Shown piece after piece: positions 30,991-41,867 of a DNA stretch of 64,000 nt. The position numbers were made by a program, and so were the translations under genes. Numbering within the stretch: position 1 is the stretch's first letter; each line of letters opens with the position of its first letter. This stretch comes from an uncultured archaeon (GTDB lineage: Archaea; Thermoproteota; Nitrososphaeria; Nitrososphaerales; Gagatemarchaeaceae): contig CAWCYD010000003.1 of the NCBI GenBank assembly GCA_963799775.1, positions 768,001-832,000 of the forward strand, written 5' to 3'. Under the pieces are notes generated by a model. It was not told the origin of the DNA. It saw nothing but the letters and a program-made list of their open reading frames with translations, and ran no database searches.

Positions 30991-31560
30991 CTACTTTTCC
31001 AGCATCCTGGAGAACGTCCAGGACGTGGTGTTCAATATCTCGCTCAGCCTCTCCTTCTCCCGGTAGTTCTCGATCACGAGGGCCGTTATCTTCCCGCCCT
31101 TCTCGGAGAGGCTGTAGCTCATCTCGTTACCCTTCGGCAGTCGGCCCTTCGCCACAGCTTCCTCGTCGTTGGACTTCATGCCGGCGAGGATCTTCCCCAG
31201 GAGGAACGACTTGAACGGCGGGGTGTCCGCCTTAAGGGTCACGTCGGGGACGGGCTCTATCTTCACTTTCTTGCTCGTCACTTGCGCGACAGCGATCGTG
31301 TCTCCGCCCCTGTCCCTCTTCAGCTGGCGGATCTCGGGGATGGCCTCCGGTTCCGCCTCCTCCGCCTCCCCGCGCGCGGAGCGCGGGCCGCTAGCAGCGA
31401 GCTCGGCGGCAGGCCTGAAGCTGGAGGCGCGGAGGACAGAATCGATCACCGCAAGGGCCTCCTTGAGCCTGTCCATCTCCTCTTGGAGCTCTGCTATCCT
31501 CGTCTCCATCCACAGCTTCAGCTCAGCGTTGCGCCTGAGCTGGTCGTCGCTGGCCGCCAT
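30991..31560 (-). CDS. Hypothetical protein with N-terminal coiled coil
   Basis: Start taken at MAASDD; typical codon use. Confidence 0.7.
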   Translation of the reverse strand: MAASDDQLRRNAELKLWMETRIAELQEEMDRLKEALAVIDSVLRASSFRPAAELAASGPRSARGEAEEAEPEAIPEIRQLKRDRGGDTIAVAQVTSKKVKIEPVPDVTLKADTPPFKSFLLGKILAGMKSNDEEAVAKGRLPKGNEMSYSLSEKGGKITALVIENYREKERLSEILNTTSWTFSRMLEK

Positions 31561-31690
31561 CGAACGCCGGCGAGATGGGCAGGGCTTAAAAGTTTGGGCC
31601 GATTTCCCCGCCTTTGAGAGCCGGGAGCCTTGAGCGGGCTTCTCCCCCACACATGCACGAACGCGGAAAAAATCGCCCTTTCGATGAATC

Positions 31691-32473
31691 TTGCTGGCTC
31701 AAGGCTTTAAGGCCACAACCTCGGGGCCTTCACCAAATCCATTGCAATCTAGGATCGGCACTCGACGGCTCGCCACTATCGCCGTCTTCGCCGCGATCTA
31801 CGCCATCCTGAGTCTCGTCCCGGTCTCAAGGCTCGTCGCAAATGTCAGCTTCCTGACCCTTGCCGAGGTGTTCAGCCCCCTCGCGGGGATGGCCCTCGGG
31901 CCTCTCGAGGGCGGCCTGGCGGTGTTCGTGGGCACGTTCGTCGGGATAGCGCTCGGTCACCCCGTCGGCTTTGATGGGTTGGATTTCATCCCCGGAGTGG
32001 TCGCCGCGGTCACGGGAGGGCTCGCCATGCAGGGCAAGGTGAAGGTCACGGCAGCCCTCTCGATCGTCCTATACGTCGTCTATATGGTCGACCCACTCTC
32101 GTCCCCCATAATCAACGTCGGAGGCGTCCCTGTCCCCTTCCTGTGGATGCACATGCTCTCCCTCGTCGTATTCGTCGGCGTAGCCTACCTCAGAAGGATG
32201 GGAGCGGGCTTCATCTCACTCGCGACGGGCCTTGCGTCCATCGTGTTCCTCTCGACGATGAACGCGCACGTCAGCGGGGCGATAATGTACGAGAACGTCC
32301 TTGTGAGGATCAATCACACGGTGGCTGCGAGCTCCATCCACGGGCTGTGGAACATAATCTTCTACGCCTATCCGCTTGAGAGGGTGCTCTTCACGGTCGT
32401 GGGCAGCATACTCGCAATAGGCTTCTTCAGGGCGATCCCGCCAGACAGGCTCCGCCAGATCCGACGGACCTAG
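31691..32473 (+). CDS. ECF transporter S-component-like membrane protein
   Basis: IAVFAAIYAILS ... PLAGMALGP..G motif, 6-7 TM segments. Confidence 0.7.
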   Translation: MLAQGFKATTSGPSPNPLQSRIGTRRLATIAVFAAIYAILSLVPVSRLVANVSFLTLAEVFSPLAGMALGPLEGGLAVFVGTFVGIALGHPVGFDGLDFIPGVVAAVTGGLAMQGKVKVTAALSIVLYVVYMVDPLSSPIINVGGVPVPFLWMHMLSLVVFVGVAYLRRMGAGFISLATGLASIVFLSTMNAHVSGAIMYENVLVRINHTVAASSIHGLWNIIFYAYPLERVLFTVVGSILAIGFFRAIPPDRLRQIRRT

Positions 32474-32481
32474 CAGGCTCG

Positions 32482-33501
32482 TCAGCGCAGGCTGCGCGCC
32501 ACGGCCTCTGCCATGGCCCTGGTACCCGACCTTCCACCCATGTCATATGTCACTTGCTTCCCGGCAGATACGACCCTCATCGTGGCGTCGAAGACCGCCT
32601 TGCCCGCGCTCTTCTCTCCGATGTACTCGAGCATCCAGGCGGCCGAGAGGATTGTCGCGGTAGGGTTGACCTTGTCCTTGCCCGCATACTTGGGCGTGCT
32701 CCCGTGAGCCGGCTCGAACATAGCGTAGTCGTCCCCGAAGTTCGCCGAGTAGATCATGCCTATGCTGCCGACGAGGCCTGATGCCTCCTCCGAGAGGATG
32801 TCCATGAACAGGTTCGTCCCCACTATGACGTTCCTGTCGAAGCGCTGCGGGTTCTTGACAAGCTGCTGCGAGAAGTTGTCAATCAAGATCTCCTCCAGCT
32901 CGACTCCTGGAAAGGCCTTGGAGTTCTGCCTCGCTGCGTCGAGGAAGATCCCGTCAGTTAGCTTGAGTATGTTCGCCTTTGAGATGACGATCACCTTCTT
33001 CCATCCACGCTTCTTGGCCTCCTCGAGGGCGAATCGGGTCACCTTCGAGGATTTGTCCTTCGTTATCAGGCGGATGGCGACTGCTGCGTCGTCGCTCAGC
33101 TTGTACTCGATCCCTGAATAGAGACCCTCGGTGCCTTCGCGGACCATCACAAAGTCCACTGCTCCTAAGGGCCCCACCTGGTTCGGGAAGGTCTTGATCG
33201 GCCTGACGTTGGAATAGAGGTTGAACCTCTGGCGAATGCTGACGGCGACGCTCCTGGGCGTCCCCGGTCCAGAGAGGGTGGTCGTGGGCCCCTTGAAGCA
33301 GCAATCCGCTTCCTCCAGGGTGCGCCATGTCTCTTCAGGAATCATGGTGGGGCCGCCGTGCTTCTCCCACCACTCCGCGCCTGCTTCGCACTTCACGAAC
33401 TCTGCCTTCGTGCCGCTGGCCCTCAAGACTAGGAGCATCGCGTCGACGAGCTCCGGCCCGGTCCCGTCCCCTTTGATCAGCGCGACTCTCTTGCTCTTCA
33501 A
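32482..33501 (-). CDS. Isocitrate/isopropylmalate dehydrogenase family
   Basis: GDGTGPE, KGPTTT, SIRQ...NVRP, REGTEGLY, KANIL, FEPAHGS. Confidence 0.92.
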   Translation of the reverse strand: MKSKRVALIKGDGTGPELVDAMLLVLRASGTKAEFVKCEAGAEWWEKHGGPTMIPEETWRTLEEADCCFKGPTTTLSGPGTPRSVAVSIRQRFNLYSNVRPIKTFPNQVGPLGAVDFVMVREGTEGLYSGIEYKLSDDAAVAIRLITKDKSSKVTRFALEEAKKRGWKKVIVISKANILKLTDGIFLDAARQNSKAFPGVELEEILIDNFSQQLVKNPQRFDRNVIVGTNLFMDILSEEASGLVGSIGMIYSANFGDDYAMFEPAHGSTPKYAGKDKVNPTATILSAAWMLEYIGEKSAGKAVFDATMRVVSAGKQVTYDMGGRSGTRAMAEAVARSLR

Positions 33502-33568
33502 TTCGACTGTCCTGCTCCGGCGAATGACGCCGCGACCAGAGCGGATTTAACGGTTGGCGGGTGCGCGG

Positions 33569-33898
33569 TCACTCCTCACCCTCTTCTTCCCACCAGTCCG
33601 GGACCACGATCTTGAACCCTGCTTGCTCCTGGTAGTCCTCCAGGAGCTCTTTCTCGATTCTAGAGACCCTAGACCCGGGAGGGCCGGACTTGGCCCACTC
33701 GAGCAGCTTCTCGACATTGGGCGACTCCCCCTGGAGGACCGCCTCTACCGTCCCGTCCTCTCTGTTTCTCGCCCACCCCTGGACGCCATGGCGGAGCGCG
33801 GCTTCCCTCATGGACGCTCTGTAGGAGACGCCCTGGACTAGCCCGAAGATCACGACCCGATAGGTGACGGGGCGCGAATCCCTAGGCGCCTCCGGCAA
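33569..33898 (-). CDS. acyP: Acylphosphatase
   Basis: G.VQGVSYR, GWARN.EDGTVE. Confidence 0.92.
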   Translation of the reverse strand: MPEAPRDSRPVTYRVVIFGLVQGVSYRASMREAALRHGVQGWARNREDGTVEAVLQGESPNVEKLLEWAKSGPPGSRVSRIEKELLEDYQEQAGFKIVVPDWWEEEGEE

Positions 33899-34517
33899 AA
33901 GAAGACTGGATTATCCCCACTATGCCTTCCCTGATGAAGGCGATGCCGATGGCGGCTATGAGGAGCCCGACTATCCTTGTGAAGACCTGGGTCCCGTTGG
34001 TGCCAAGGGCCTTCTGGACCCACGAGGCCCTCTCCAAGATGATGTAGGCGAGCAGGGAGTTCAGCAGGATGACGAGGAAGTCCTCTAGCAGGCCGTAAGG
34101 GGGGTTGGCGTAGATCATCACGGTCGAGATCGCACCAGGCCCCGCTAGGAGAGGCGTCGCTAGGGGAAAGGCCGCGATCTCGGTCGCCGCTATCGTCCGG
34201 GTCTGCGAGATCTTTCCCCTGAGGTTGTCCAGGGCGATGATGAAGAGGATTATCCCGCCTGCGATCTTAAAGTCGTTTATCGTTATCCCCAGCAACCGGA
34301 AGATAAGCTGCCCGACCGTCGCGAAGACCAGGAGGATCACGGTGGCGATGATCACCGAGTCCCTGACGATGGCGCCCCTATGCTCCTTGTAGTCCTGGGT
34401 GAGAGCCAAGAAGACGGGCACCGTGCCGATCACGTCGAAGACCGAGAAGAGCAAGATGAACGAGGCGACGAAGGAAGAGACGTCGAAGGCGATCAGGGAG
34501 CTGATGTCAAAGGCCAT
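33882..34517 (-). CDS. MarC family membrane protein
   Basis: FKIAGGIILF, PLATPLLAGPGAIS. Confidence 0.9.
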   Translation of the reverse strand: MAFDISSLIAFDVSSFVASFILLFSVFDVIGTVPVFLALTQDYKEHRGAIVRDSVIIATVILLVFATVGQLIFRLLGITINDFKIAGGIILFIIALDNLRGKISQTRTIAATEIAAFPLATPLLAGPGAISTVMIYANPPYGLLEDFLVILLNSLLAYIILERASWVQKALGTNGTQVFTRIVGLLIAAIGIAFIREGIVGIIQSSFAGGA

Positions 34518-34582
34518 CGGCGACGGCTCGGTGAGGTGTCTTCGCGTAGAAAAAGAGTTCCGGTGAGCTAGCCGCCATATCA

Positions 34583-34979
34583 TTGAAATACAAAGTCAGG
34601 TCGGGCCGGCACGTGGCTCGTCTTGAGAACTACATCGCGGGGCTTGTGTACGCCTCCGTTGTGCTCGGCGTGCTCTTCCTCTATGTCCTGTACGGGCCCA
34701 CCCGGCATCCCAAGCTTCCTTTTCCCCTCGATACTTGTGGGAGAGATCATCTGGATCGTCTGCGCCGTCGCCGTCTATCGCAAGCTGAGGTGGGCGCCAT
34801 ACATGGCCGTGGTCCTAGCTGTCATAACGCTGGGCGTATCGCTTCCCCAACCTACCCACTATAGCTTCGCGGTGACAGGCCAAATCGTTGCCTTTTTGAT
34901 CTTCACCGGTGGGGCAGTCCTCCAGTTCGCGCTGATAGCGGCAGTGGCGTTGTTCGTGTTCAGGACAAGAAGAGCCTAG
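34583..34979 (+). CDS. Small membrane protein, frameshifted
   Basis: Hydrophobic segments continue across ORFs 34583 and 34623. Confidence 0.55.
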
Positions 34980-35617
34980 GTCTTCTCCTCGAAGGCGGGC
35001 TCTTCGCCCTTGACGATGAAGACCACCGACTTGCCGATGTAGACCGCGTGGTCCGCGATCCTCTCGAGGTAGCGCAGGATGAGGGTCTGAGACAGGGCGC
35101 AACGGAGGTCTACCTTGCGCGACTTCATCAGCTTCGTGATGTAACCGCGATATGCGTCGTCGACGTTGTCGTCCATGCCCACTATCTTCATGGCGAGGTC
35201 GACGTCCTGTTTCGCGAAGGCCTCCACGCTCAACTTGATCATCTCCTTGGTCGTCTCGGCTGCGCTCTCTACAACCTCGTGCTCGCACTTTGTGAGGTCC
35301 CCGAATGTCTCCAGGACCTCCATGATGTCCTTGGCGTAGCGTCCGAACCTGTAAAACCCGTACGAGATCTCCATGCACGCCTTGATGTAGCGAAGGTCTG
35401 ATGCCACAGGCTGGAACCTGGCGATGAGCTCTATCGAGAGCTCGCTTACCTGGTCATCGAGATCCTTGAGCTTGTTCGACCACCTGCTTACGTCCTGGAG
35501 GTTCTTCCCGACGTGATACGCCTCGATTGCCGTAGCGACGGTCTGTTGGGAGAGCTCCCCCATCTGGAGCAGGAGGTTCCGGAGCCGGTCTATCCCAAGG
35601 TCCATGAGTCTGGCCAT
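34976..35617 (-). CDS. phoU: Phosphate uptake regulator PhoU
   Basis: IARFQPVASDLR, DDNVD, LERIADHA. Confidence 0.92.
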   Translation of the reverse strand: MARLMDLGIDRLRNLLLQMGELSQQTVATAIEAYHVGKNLQDVSRWSNKLKDLDDQVSELSIELIARFQPVASDLRYIKACMEISYGFYRFGRYAKDIMEVLETFGDLTKCEHEVVESAAETTKEMIKLSVEAFAKQDVDLAMKIVGMDDNVDDAYRGYITKLMKSRKVDLRCALSQTLILRYLERIADHAVYIGKSVVFIVKGEEPAFEEKT

Positions 35618-35624
35618 GCGACGA

Positions 35625-36473
35625 TCACCCGAATTTTCCCGTGATGTACCGCTCGGTCAGCTCTTTCTTCGGGTTCTCGAATAGTTGGGCGGTCTCCCCG
35701 AACTCGACTAGCTCCCCGAGGTAGAAGAAGGCCGTGTAGTCGGCCACTCGGGCCGCCTGCTGCATGTTGTGAGTGACGATGACTATCGTGTATTGCTTCT
35801 TGAGCTCGACCATGGCCTCTTCGATCTTCGCGGTCGCAGTCGGGTCGAGCGCCGAGGCTGGCTCGTCCATGAGGAGCACTTCAGGCTCTACGGCTATGGC
35901 CCTGGCGATGCAGAGCCTCTGTTGTTGTCCCCCCGAGAGGGCGGCTCCAGACTTGTGGAGCTCGTTCTTGACCTCCTCCCAGAGGAACGCCATCCTCAGG
36001 CTCTTCTCGACGACGCCGTCTAGGAGCTTCCTGTCCTTGACGCCTTTGAGCTTCAAACCCGCTGCGACGTTGTCGTAAACTGACATGGTGGGGAAGGGGT
36101 TCGGCTTTTGGAACACCATGCCTATCCTGCGCCTGACCACCACCGGGTCGACCTTTTGCGCGTAGATGTCCTCGCCGTCCAGAAAGACCTCTCCCTCGAC
36201 CTTTGCGGTGGGAGTGAGCTCATGGATCCTGTTGAGGCACCTGATGAAGGTGGTCTTTCCGCACCCTGACGGCCCCATTATGGCGGTGACGCACCTTTGG
36301 GGAAATTCGAGGTCGATCCCCTTGATGACCTCCGACTTTCCGAATCCCGCCTTCAGCCCCTTCGTCTTCATCTTCGAACCGAGGACGAGGGTGCTTGTCT
36401 CTGCTGACATGTTCAGCGCTCGGCTCGTCGCCTTACCCTCCCTCTCTTTCTGTGTTTCCATTGTCATCTCCAC
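35625..36473 (-). CDS. pstB: Phosphate ABC transporter ATPase
   Basis: [36 protein letters not shown]. Confidence 0.96.
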   Translation of the reverse strand: MEMTMETQKEREGKATSRALNMSAETSTLVLGSKMKTKGLKAGFGKSEVIKGIDLEFPQRCVTAIMGPSGCGKTTFIRCLNRIHELTPTAKVEGEVFLDGEDIYAQKVDPVVVRRRIGMVFQKPNPFPTMSVYDNVAAGLKLKGVKDRKLLDGVVEKSLRMAFLWEEVKNELHKSGAALSGGQQQRLCIARAIAVEPEVLLMDEPASALDPTATAKIEEAMVELKKQYTIVIVTHNMQQAARVADYTAFFYLGELVEFGETAQLFENPKKELTERYITGKFG

Positions 36474-36480
36474 CTAGTTC

Positions 36481-37350
36481 TCAGCCCTGACGTTTGCAAA
36501 CTTCCGCCCGACGGTCAGCCTCACCATAAGGTTCAGGGCCAACATTATCAGGATCAAGACTAGCGCGGCCCCCCAAGCCTTGTCCTGCCAGTCTCGGAAC
36601 GGCGAGGTCACCGTACACGTAGATGAGCAGCGGCACGGCAGCCGTTGGCTGCATGAGGCCCTTTGCGAAGTATGAGTTTCCCAGCGCTGTGAGGAGCAAC
36701 GGCGCAGTCTCGCCTGCCGCCCTGGCGATGGCGAGGAGAATTCCTGTAAAAAGCCCGGCCTTGCCGGTCGTTATGACGATGCTCAGTATGGTCTTCCACC
36801 TCGATATCCCCAAGGCCATCGACGCCTCCCTGAGGCTCTTGGGCACGAGCTTGAGGGACTCTTCGGTCGTCCTCGCGACTATCGGGATCATGATGATGGC
36901 CAGCGCGATCCCGCCAGCGAGGCCCGAGAACGTGCCGGTCGCCAGGACTACGACGATGAAGACAAAGATCCCTATCACTATCGAGGGGAACTCTGCCAAC
37001 ACGTCGTTCATGAAGCTTGAAACGGTGGAGAGTCTGGACTCTGGCCATTCTGAGAAGAATATCCCGGCGCCGACGCCCACGGGGATCGCGATGAGGGTAC
37101 CGATGCCGACCATTACGAAAGTGCCGACGAGCGCATTGGCGATGCCGCCTCCAGGGATCCCCACCGGCGTCGGCAGGTTGGTGAAGAAGGCGAGGTTTAG
37201 CACGGGTGCCCCCCGGTAGACTACCTCTCCGAGGATGAAGAGGAGAGGCGCGATTGCAACACACACGGCGGTGTATATCAGGACCGTCACGATCTGGTTG
37301 GTCAGTCGTCTTCGTCGGTCCATTCCAGAGATCGCAAAGATTTCTGTCAA
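36481..37350 (-). CDS. pstA: Phosphate ABC permease, C-terminal frameshift
   Basis: PSIVIG, LREASMALG, ARAAGETAPL. Confidence 0.93.
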   Translation of the reverse strand: MTEIFAISGMDRRRRLTNQIVTVLIYTAVCVAIAPLLFILGEVVYRGAPVLNLAFFTNLPTPVGIPGGGIANALVGTFVMVGIGTLIAIPVGVGAGIFFSEWPESRLSTVSSFMNDVLAEFPSIVIGIFVFIVVVLATGTFSGLAGGIALAIIMIPIVARTTEESLKLVPKSLREASMALGISRWKTILSIVITTGKAGLFTGILLAIARAAGETAPLLLTALGNSYFAKGLMQPTAAVPLLIYVYGDLAVPRLAGQGLGGRASLDPDNVGPEPYGEADRRAEVCKRQG

Positions 37351-37363
37351 TCTAGTCGCGCTC

Positions 37364-38334
37364 CTATAGCCTGACCTTGGTCATCCGCGACATGCGCCAG
37401 AGGAGACTCCTCGCGAAGATGTTGATCGCGAGAGCGACGAAGAAGAGTATCAGGCCTAGCTCCACCAGCGCCGAGGTGCTCAGGGGGGACGAGCTCTCGG
37501 AGAATTGGTTCGCGATAGCGCTCGCGAGGGTGTACCCCGGAGAGAAGAGGGACGGGGAGATGTTCGTGGCGTTGCCGATCACCATTGTGACCGCCATGGT
37601 TTCGCCCACGGCCCTCCCCAGCCCCAGAATCGTGGCGCCGAACAGGCCGGACCGGGCGAACGGAAGGATCCCCTTGCTGATCACCTCCCAGTCGGTGCCC
37701 CCGATCGAGTACATGGCCTCGCGTTGGCTGTTCGGGACGGCATTCAAGACGTTCCTAGAGATTGCCGAGACCGTCGGAATTATCATGATGGCCAAGATCA
37801 CTCCCGCAGTAAGGAAATCCAGTCCGAACGGCGTCCCGTGGAAGATGGGGAGAAACCCAACGTACCTGTGCAGCGGCTTCTCGACGTAGGTCTTTATGAT
37901 CGGGCTCAGAAAGAACAAGCCCCACAGGCCGTATATCACGCTGGGGACGGCCGCGAGGAGCTCGACCGTGGTGCCGATAAGGTAAGATTCAGTACGGCGG
38001 CTCTTCAGCTTCTCCACCAAGAAGATGGCAACGGCGAAGCTTATCGGCAGGCCGAAGAGCAGGGCGAGCAGCGACGTCAGAACGGTCCCGTAGATGTAGG
38101 GCAGCGCCCCGTAGATGTTGTGCACGGGATCCCACACCCTTCCGGACAAGAAGCCGAGCCCGTATGCCTCAAGAGACACCTTGGATCCTACGAAGAGCTC
38201 GTAGGCAAGGGCGGCCAATAGCACTACAATGCCGATGGCGGCGGTCCCCACCAAAGCCTTCAGGGCCCCGTCCCCTCTCAGGGGGAAGCCGAGGCCTCCG
38301 CCGCCCTTGTTCAGGGCGATCCCCTCGTAATCAT
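37364..38334 (-). CDS. pstC: Phosphate ABC permease
   Basis: WDP...YGALP, LLAAVPSVIYGLWG, LGRAVGETMAV; start uncertain. Confidence 0.92.
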
Positions 38335-38356
38335 AAAACAGGACCCCGCCCTAGGG

Positions 38357-39691
38357 CTAAGGTCCTGTGTAAAGAGGTGTTCCGTTGAAGGTGATTGTCT
38401 TTATGGTGGCGTCGTCTATCGCGACAACGTTAGCTGGCATCGGCACGTATCCGAGCTGAGTGCCCGCATTTTGCGCGTTGTTCACGACCCAGTGCAAGAA
38501 GTTCACGAGAGCCACGCCCTGTGCCTGACTTGCCTGCGCCTGGTAGACGACGATGTATGTGAATGTGGTGACTGGATAGATAGTGGTGTCCTTGGTGTCG
38601 TTGTAGATGTTGTTGATGATTGAGACGCTGGTCCAAGCCGCGTTCCCTGCCGGCAAGCCTGTTGCGCCTGCGGTCACTGCCGAAGCGATGTTGGTGAGGT
38701 TGGCGAGGACATAGTTGCCCGCGGCGTTGGCCACAGAGCCGTACGAGATGAGGCCTGCATTGACGATCTCATACGAGATTTCTAGAGGCCCTATCGCGTA
38801 TGGGTTGTTCTCTATGCAGCCGGCGACGCCTTCGTTCTTTGCGCAGCCGATGCCTGTTGGCCAAGCGACCAAGCTCCCGGTTCCGGGCCCTGCCTTCCAC
38901 GCGGCGCTTGAGTCAGTGAGATAGTTCGTGAAGGCGAACATGGTCCCGCTGGAGTCGGACCTGTGGACCACGACTATCGCTTGTGCTGGGAGGGTTATGG
39001 TTGGGTTCAGTGCGACGAGGGACGGGTCGTTCCACATCGTCACCTTGCCAAGGAAGATATTTGCAAGGACCGCGCCTGTGAATTTGACGCCGTTGCCGAT
39101 CCCCGGTAGGTTGTATGCTGGGACTACCGCGCTAGCCGACTCGGGAATCACTACGACTCCCGCGGGGAAAGCGGCGATCTGTGCAGCCGACGGGGGCGCG
39201 TCTGACGCACCGAAGTCGACGGTCTTCTGCGTGAGGTCGGTTATCCCTGCGCCGCTGCCGACGCTCTGATAGTTGACCTGCACGTTACCGGTGTACTGCT
39301 GGTATGCGAACGTCCATGAGGACATGAGAGGGTATACAAGAGTCGATCCCGCGCCGTTAAGAGACGCGGCGGCTCCTGTTGTCGTTGACGCTGTCGCAGT
39401 GGTCGTGGAGGTCGCAGTTGTGGTCGAGGTCGCAGTGGTCGTTGAAGTTGCTGTCGTAGTTTGGGTTGATGTGGCAGTCGAAGTTGCTGTCGTTGTTGCA
39501 GTTGTAGTTGCGGTTGAAGTCGCTGTGGTGGTTGATAAGTTTGTTTGAGTCGCAGTAACCGTCGAGGTCGCGGTAGTAGTTTTTTGGCTGCCAGAGGCGG
39601 CTAAGTATGCCCCTGCGCCCACTACTATTATTGCTACTATCGCAATCGCGCCGATTGCTGCTGTGCTAATTCCTGTTCTTACGAATTTCAT
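38357..39691 (-). CDS. pstS: Phosphate-binding protein with N-terminal anchor and Thr-rich stalk
   Basis: GAGST, SVGSGAG, DFGASD, HRSDSSGT; start taken at MKFVRTG. Confidence 0.93.
   Translation of the reverse strand: MKFVRTGISTAAIGAIAIVAIIVVGAGAYLAASGSQKTTTATSTVTATQTNLSTTTATSTATTTATTTATSTATSTQTTTATSTTTATSTTTATSTTTATASTTTGAAASLNGAGSTLVYPLMSSWTFAYQQYTGNVQVNYQSVGSGAGITDLTQKTVDFGASDAPPSAAQIAAFPAGVVVIPESASAVVPAYNLPGIGNGVKFTGAVLANIFLGKVTMWNDPSLVALNPTITLPAQAIVVVHRSDSSGTMFAFTNYLTDSSAAWKAGPGTGSLVAWPTGIGCAKNEGVAGCIENNPYAIGPLEISYEIVNAGLISYGSVANAAGNYVLANLTNIASAVTAGATGLPAGNAAWTSVSIINNIYNDTKDTTIYPVTTFTYIVVYQAQASQAQGVALVNFLHWVVNNAQNAGTQLGYVPMPANVVAIDDATIKTITFNGTPLYTGP
39375..39582 (-). repeat. Thr/Ser/Ala low-complexity coding repeat (TTTATS units) in pstS
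   Basis: About 18-nt degenerate units such as GAGGTCGCAGTGGTC on the plus strand. Confidence 0.8.
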
Positions 39692-39997
39692 CTTCAAAAA
39701 GTGACCATGCCGCACCCGATATATGGCGTGCCGAATTATTCTATTGCTCAATATAGTGTCGAAGAACCTCTATGGGCGCTCTATATTTCATAGTGAAAGT
39801 AGGGGCGAATCGGACTCTTTTCCCCATAGACCGGCTCGAAGAAACCCAAAGTGAGCATTTGGGCTTGGCTTTTGGAGGATTCCTAGTGTAGATGCCTACG
39901 GTCCTGACACGCGGCGAACGCAAGAAATGGTAAGAGCGGCAATTTTTCCTTTATTTGCCGGAAGATATATAGAGCCACAATACGTGCCTTTGACGGA

Positions 39998-41022
39998 ATG
40001 GAAATCAGGAAGATACAGATCACAGGGGGAAACAGCTACGTTGTATCTCTGCCAAAGTCCTGGGTCAAAGATGCGGGGCTCAAGGCGAAAGACGCCGTGT
40101 TGGTGATGCCTCAGGCGGACATGTCTCTCTTGGTCATCCCAAAGAACGACCTCAGGAAGGAGACGAAGAGTGAGGTCCAGGTCGAGCTCCAGGAGAACTC
40201 CGACAGGGACATCGCCCTCAGATGACCTTCATCTCGTATTACCTCGCGGGCTACGACGTGATCAGGATGCGCATCAGCGGTTCGAGCTCGGGCCTGAGGT
40301 CTCACCTCAAGGAGGCGATAAGGAGGAAGCTGATCGGGATTGAGATAGTTGAGGAGACGTCGAACGGCATAACGACGCAGTGCCTCTCGGGTTACTCTGA
40401 CCTCCCTCTGAAGAAGGCCATCGAGAGGATGGCGATAATCGCGTCGGGGATGGTCCAGGACGCGACGATGTCGCTCCAGAGCGGCGACCTGGGGTTGGCT
40501 GAGGAGGTGAGCCAGCGCGACGACGAGGTCGACAGGTTCTACCATTTCATCGTGAGGCAGCTGAACATGGCTGTCCGGAATCGGGCGATAATCGAGGAGG
40601 TGGGCCTTCTTGCGGCGCGCGACTGCCTCGGCTACAGGCTGGCTGTGAAGAGCATCGAGAGGGTGGCTGACCACGCGGCCGGGATCGCCAGGCTCGTCCC
40701 CAGCCTGAGGACCAAGGCCCTCGGCAAGATAGCCAAGGAGGTCACGAAGATGAGCGAGCTCTCCCAGAAGGCTCGAAGTCAAGCTGTGGGCGCTCTGGTA
40801 GACTTGGACACGAAGAAGGCCAATGAAGCGATCAACCTTACGAAGAGGGTGATCGAGATGGACGAGAAGATGACAGGGGAGCTGCTCAGGCCCGGGATGG
40901 AGGCCACGACCGTAGGATGGTTCCGGCTCGTGCTCGAGAGTGTGAGACGGGTCGCAGAGTATGGCTCCGACATCGCGGAGATCGCGGTGGACCTGACCGC
41001 CAAAGAGCCGAACAACCTCTGA
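39998..41022 (+). CDS. AbrB-PhoU phosphate regulator, frameshifted near 40220
   Basis: RKIQITGGNSYVVSLPKSW AbrB domain; RDDEVDR and ERVADHA PhoU domains; divergent from pstS. Confidence 0.88.
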
Positions 41023-41032
41023 GCTGAGAAGC

Positions 41033-41823
41033 TCAGAAGACGGAATTGATCAGGCCGCCGTCAACAGTGAACATCCCTCCGTTGATGTAGGCGGCCCTCT
41101 CGCTAGCTAGGAAAGCCGCGAGCGAGCCCACCTCCTCGGGCTCGCCATATCGGCCGACCGGGATGCTCTTGGCCATCTCCTTGAAAGCCTCCTGGACGGT
41201 CGTCCCTGCCTTCGATGCCTTCTCCTCGGCCAGCCTTGACGACCGGTCTGTCCGGATGTAGCCCTGGATTATGCCGTTCGAGGTGACCCCGTAGGGGCCA
41301 AGCTCCCCGGCAAGCGACTTTGAAAGCCCCGCCACCGCCAATCTGACGGTGTTTGAGAGCACGAGGTTCGCGACAGGCTGCTTCAACGTCAACGACGTGA
41401 TGTAGATGAGCCTGCCCCACTTCCTCTCCTTCATCTTCGGCACGACGGCTTGGGTGAGCGTCACCGCGCTCAGGAGGAGGAGCCTCGTCGCTTCTTCCCA
41501 GTCCGCGTAGGAGAGGTCGGCGAACGTGCCAGCCTTTGGCGGCCCTGTGTTGTAGACCAGGACGTCGACGGGACCGAGCCTCTTGGAGACGGAATCGACG
41601 AGGACCTCCAGGTCCTTCCTTGAGGTCATGTCGGCGGTGATCGCGATGACCCCGCCCCCGTCTCTTCCGCGATCTTGTCCTTCGCGACCTGCAGGTTGGA
41701 ATCGTTCCTGGAGGAGATGGCCACCTTCATCCCTTCGCGGGCCAGGACACGCGCCGTCCCGAGCCCGATGCCCTTGCTCGCCGCCGTGACGAGGGCGACC
41801 TTGCCCTTTAGTCCTAGTTCCAC
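41033..41823 (-). CDS. SDR family oxidoreductase, frameshifted
   Basis: TAASKGIG, NTGPP, LSNTVR, GRYGEPEE, VDGG. Confidence 0.88.
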
Positions 41824-41867
41824 GGCCCGGGCTTTCTCGCTTTCTCAGATATATCTGCTGGGCGGCC

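Noticed and set aside
39375-39582. Possible CRISPR or VNTR array
   Set aside because: In-frame Thr-rich linker of PstS, common in archaeal surface proteins.
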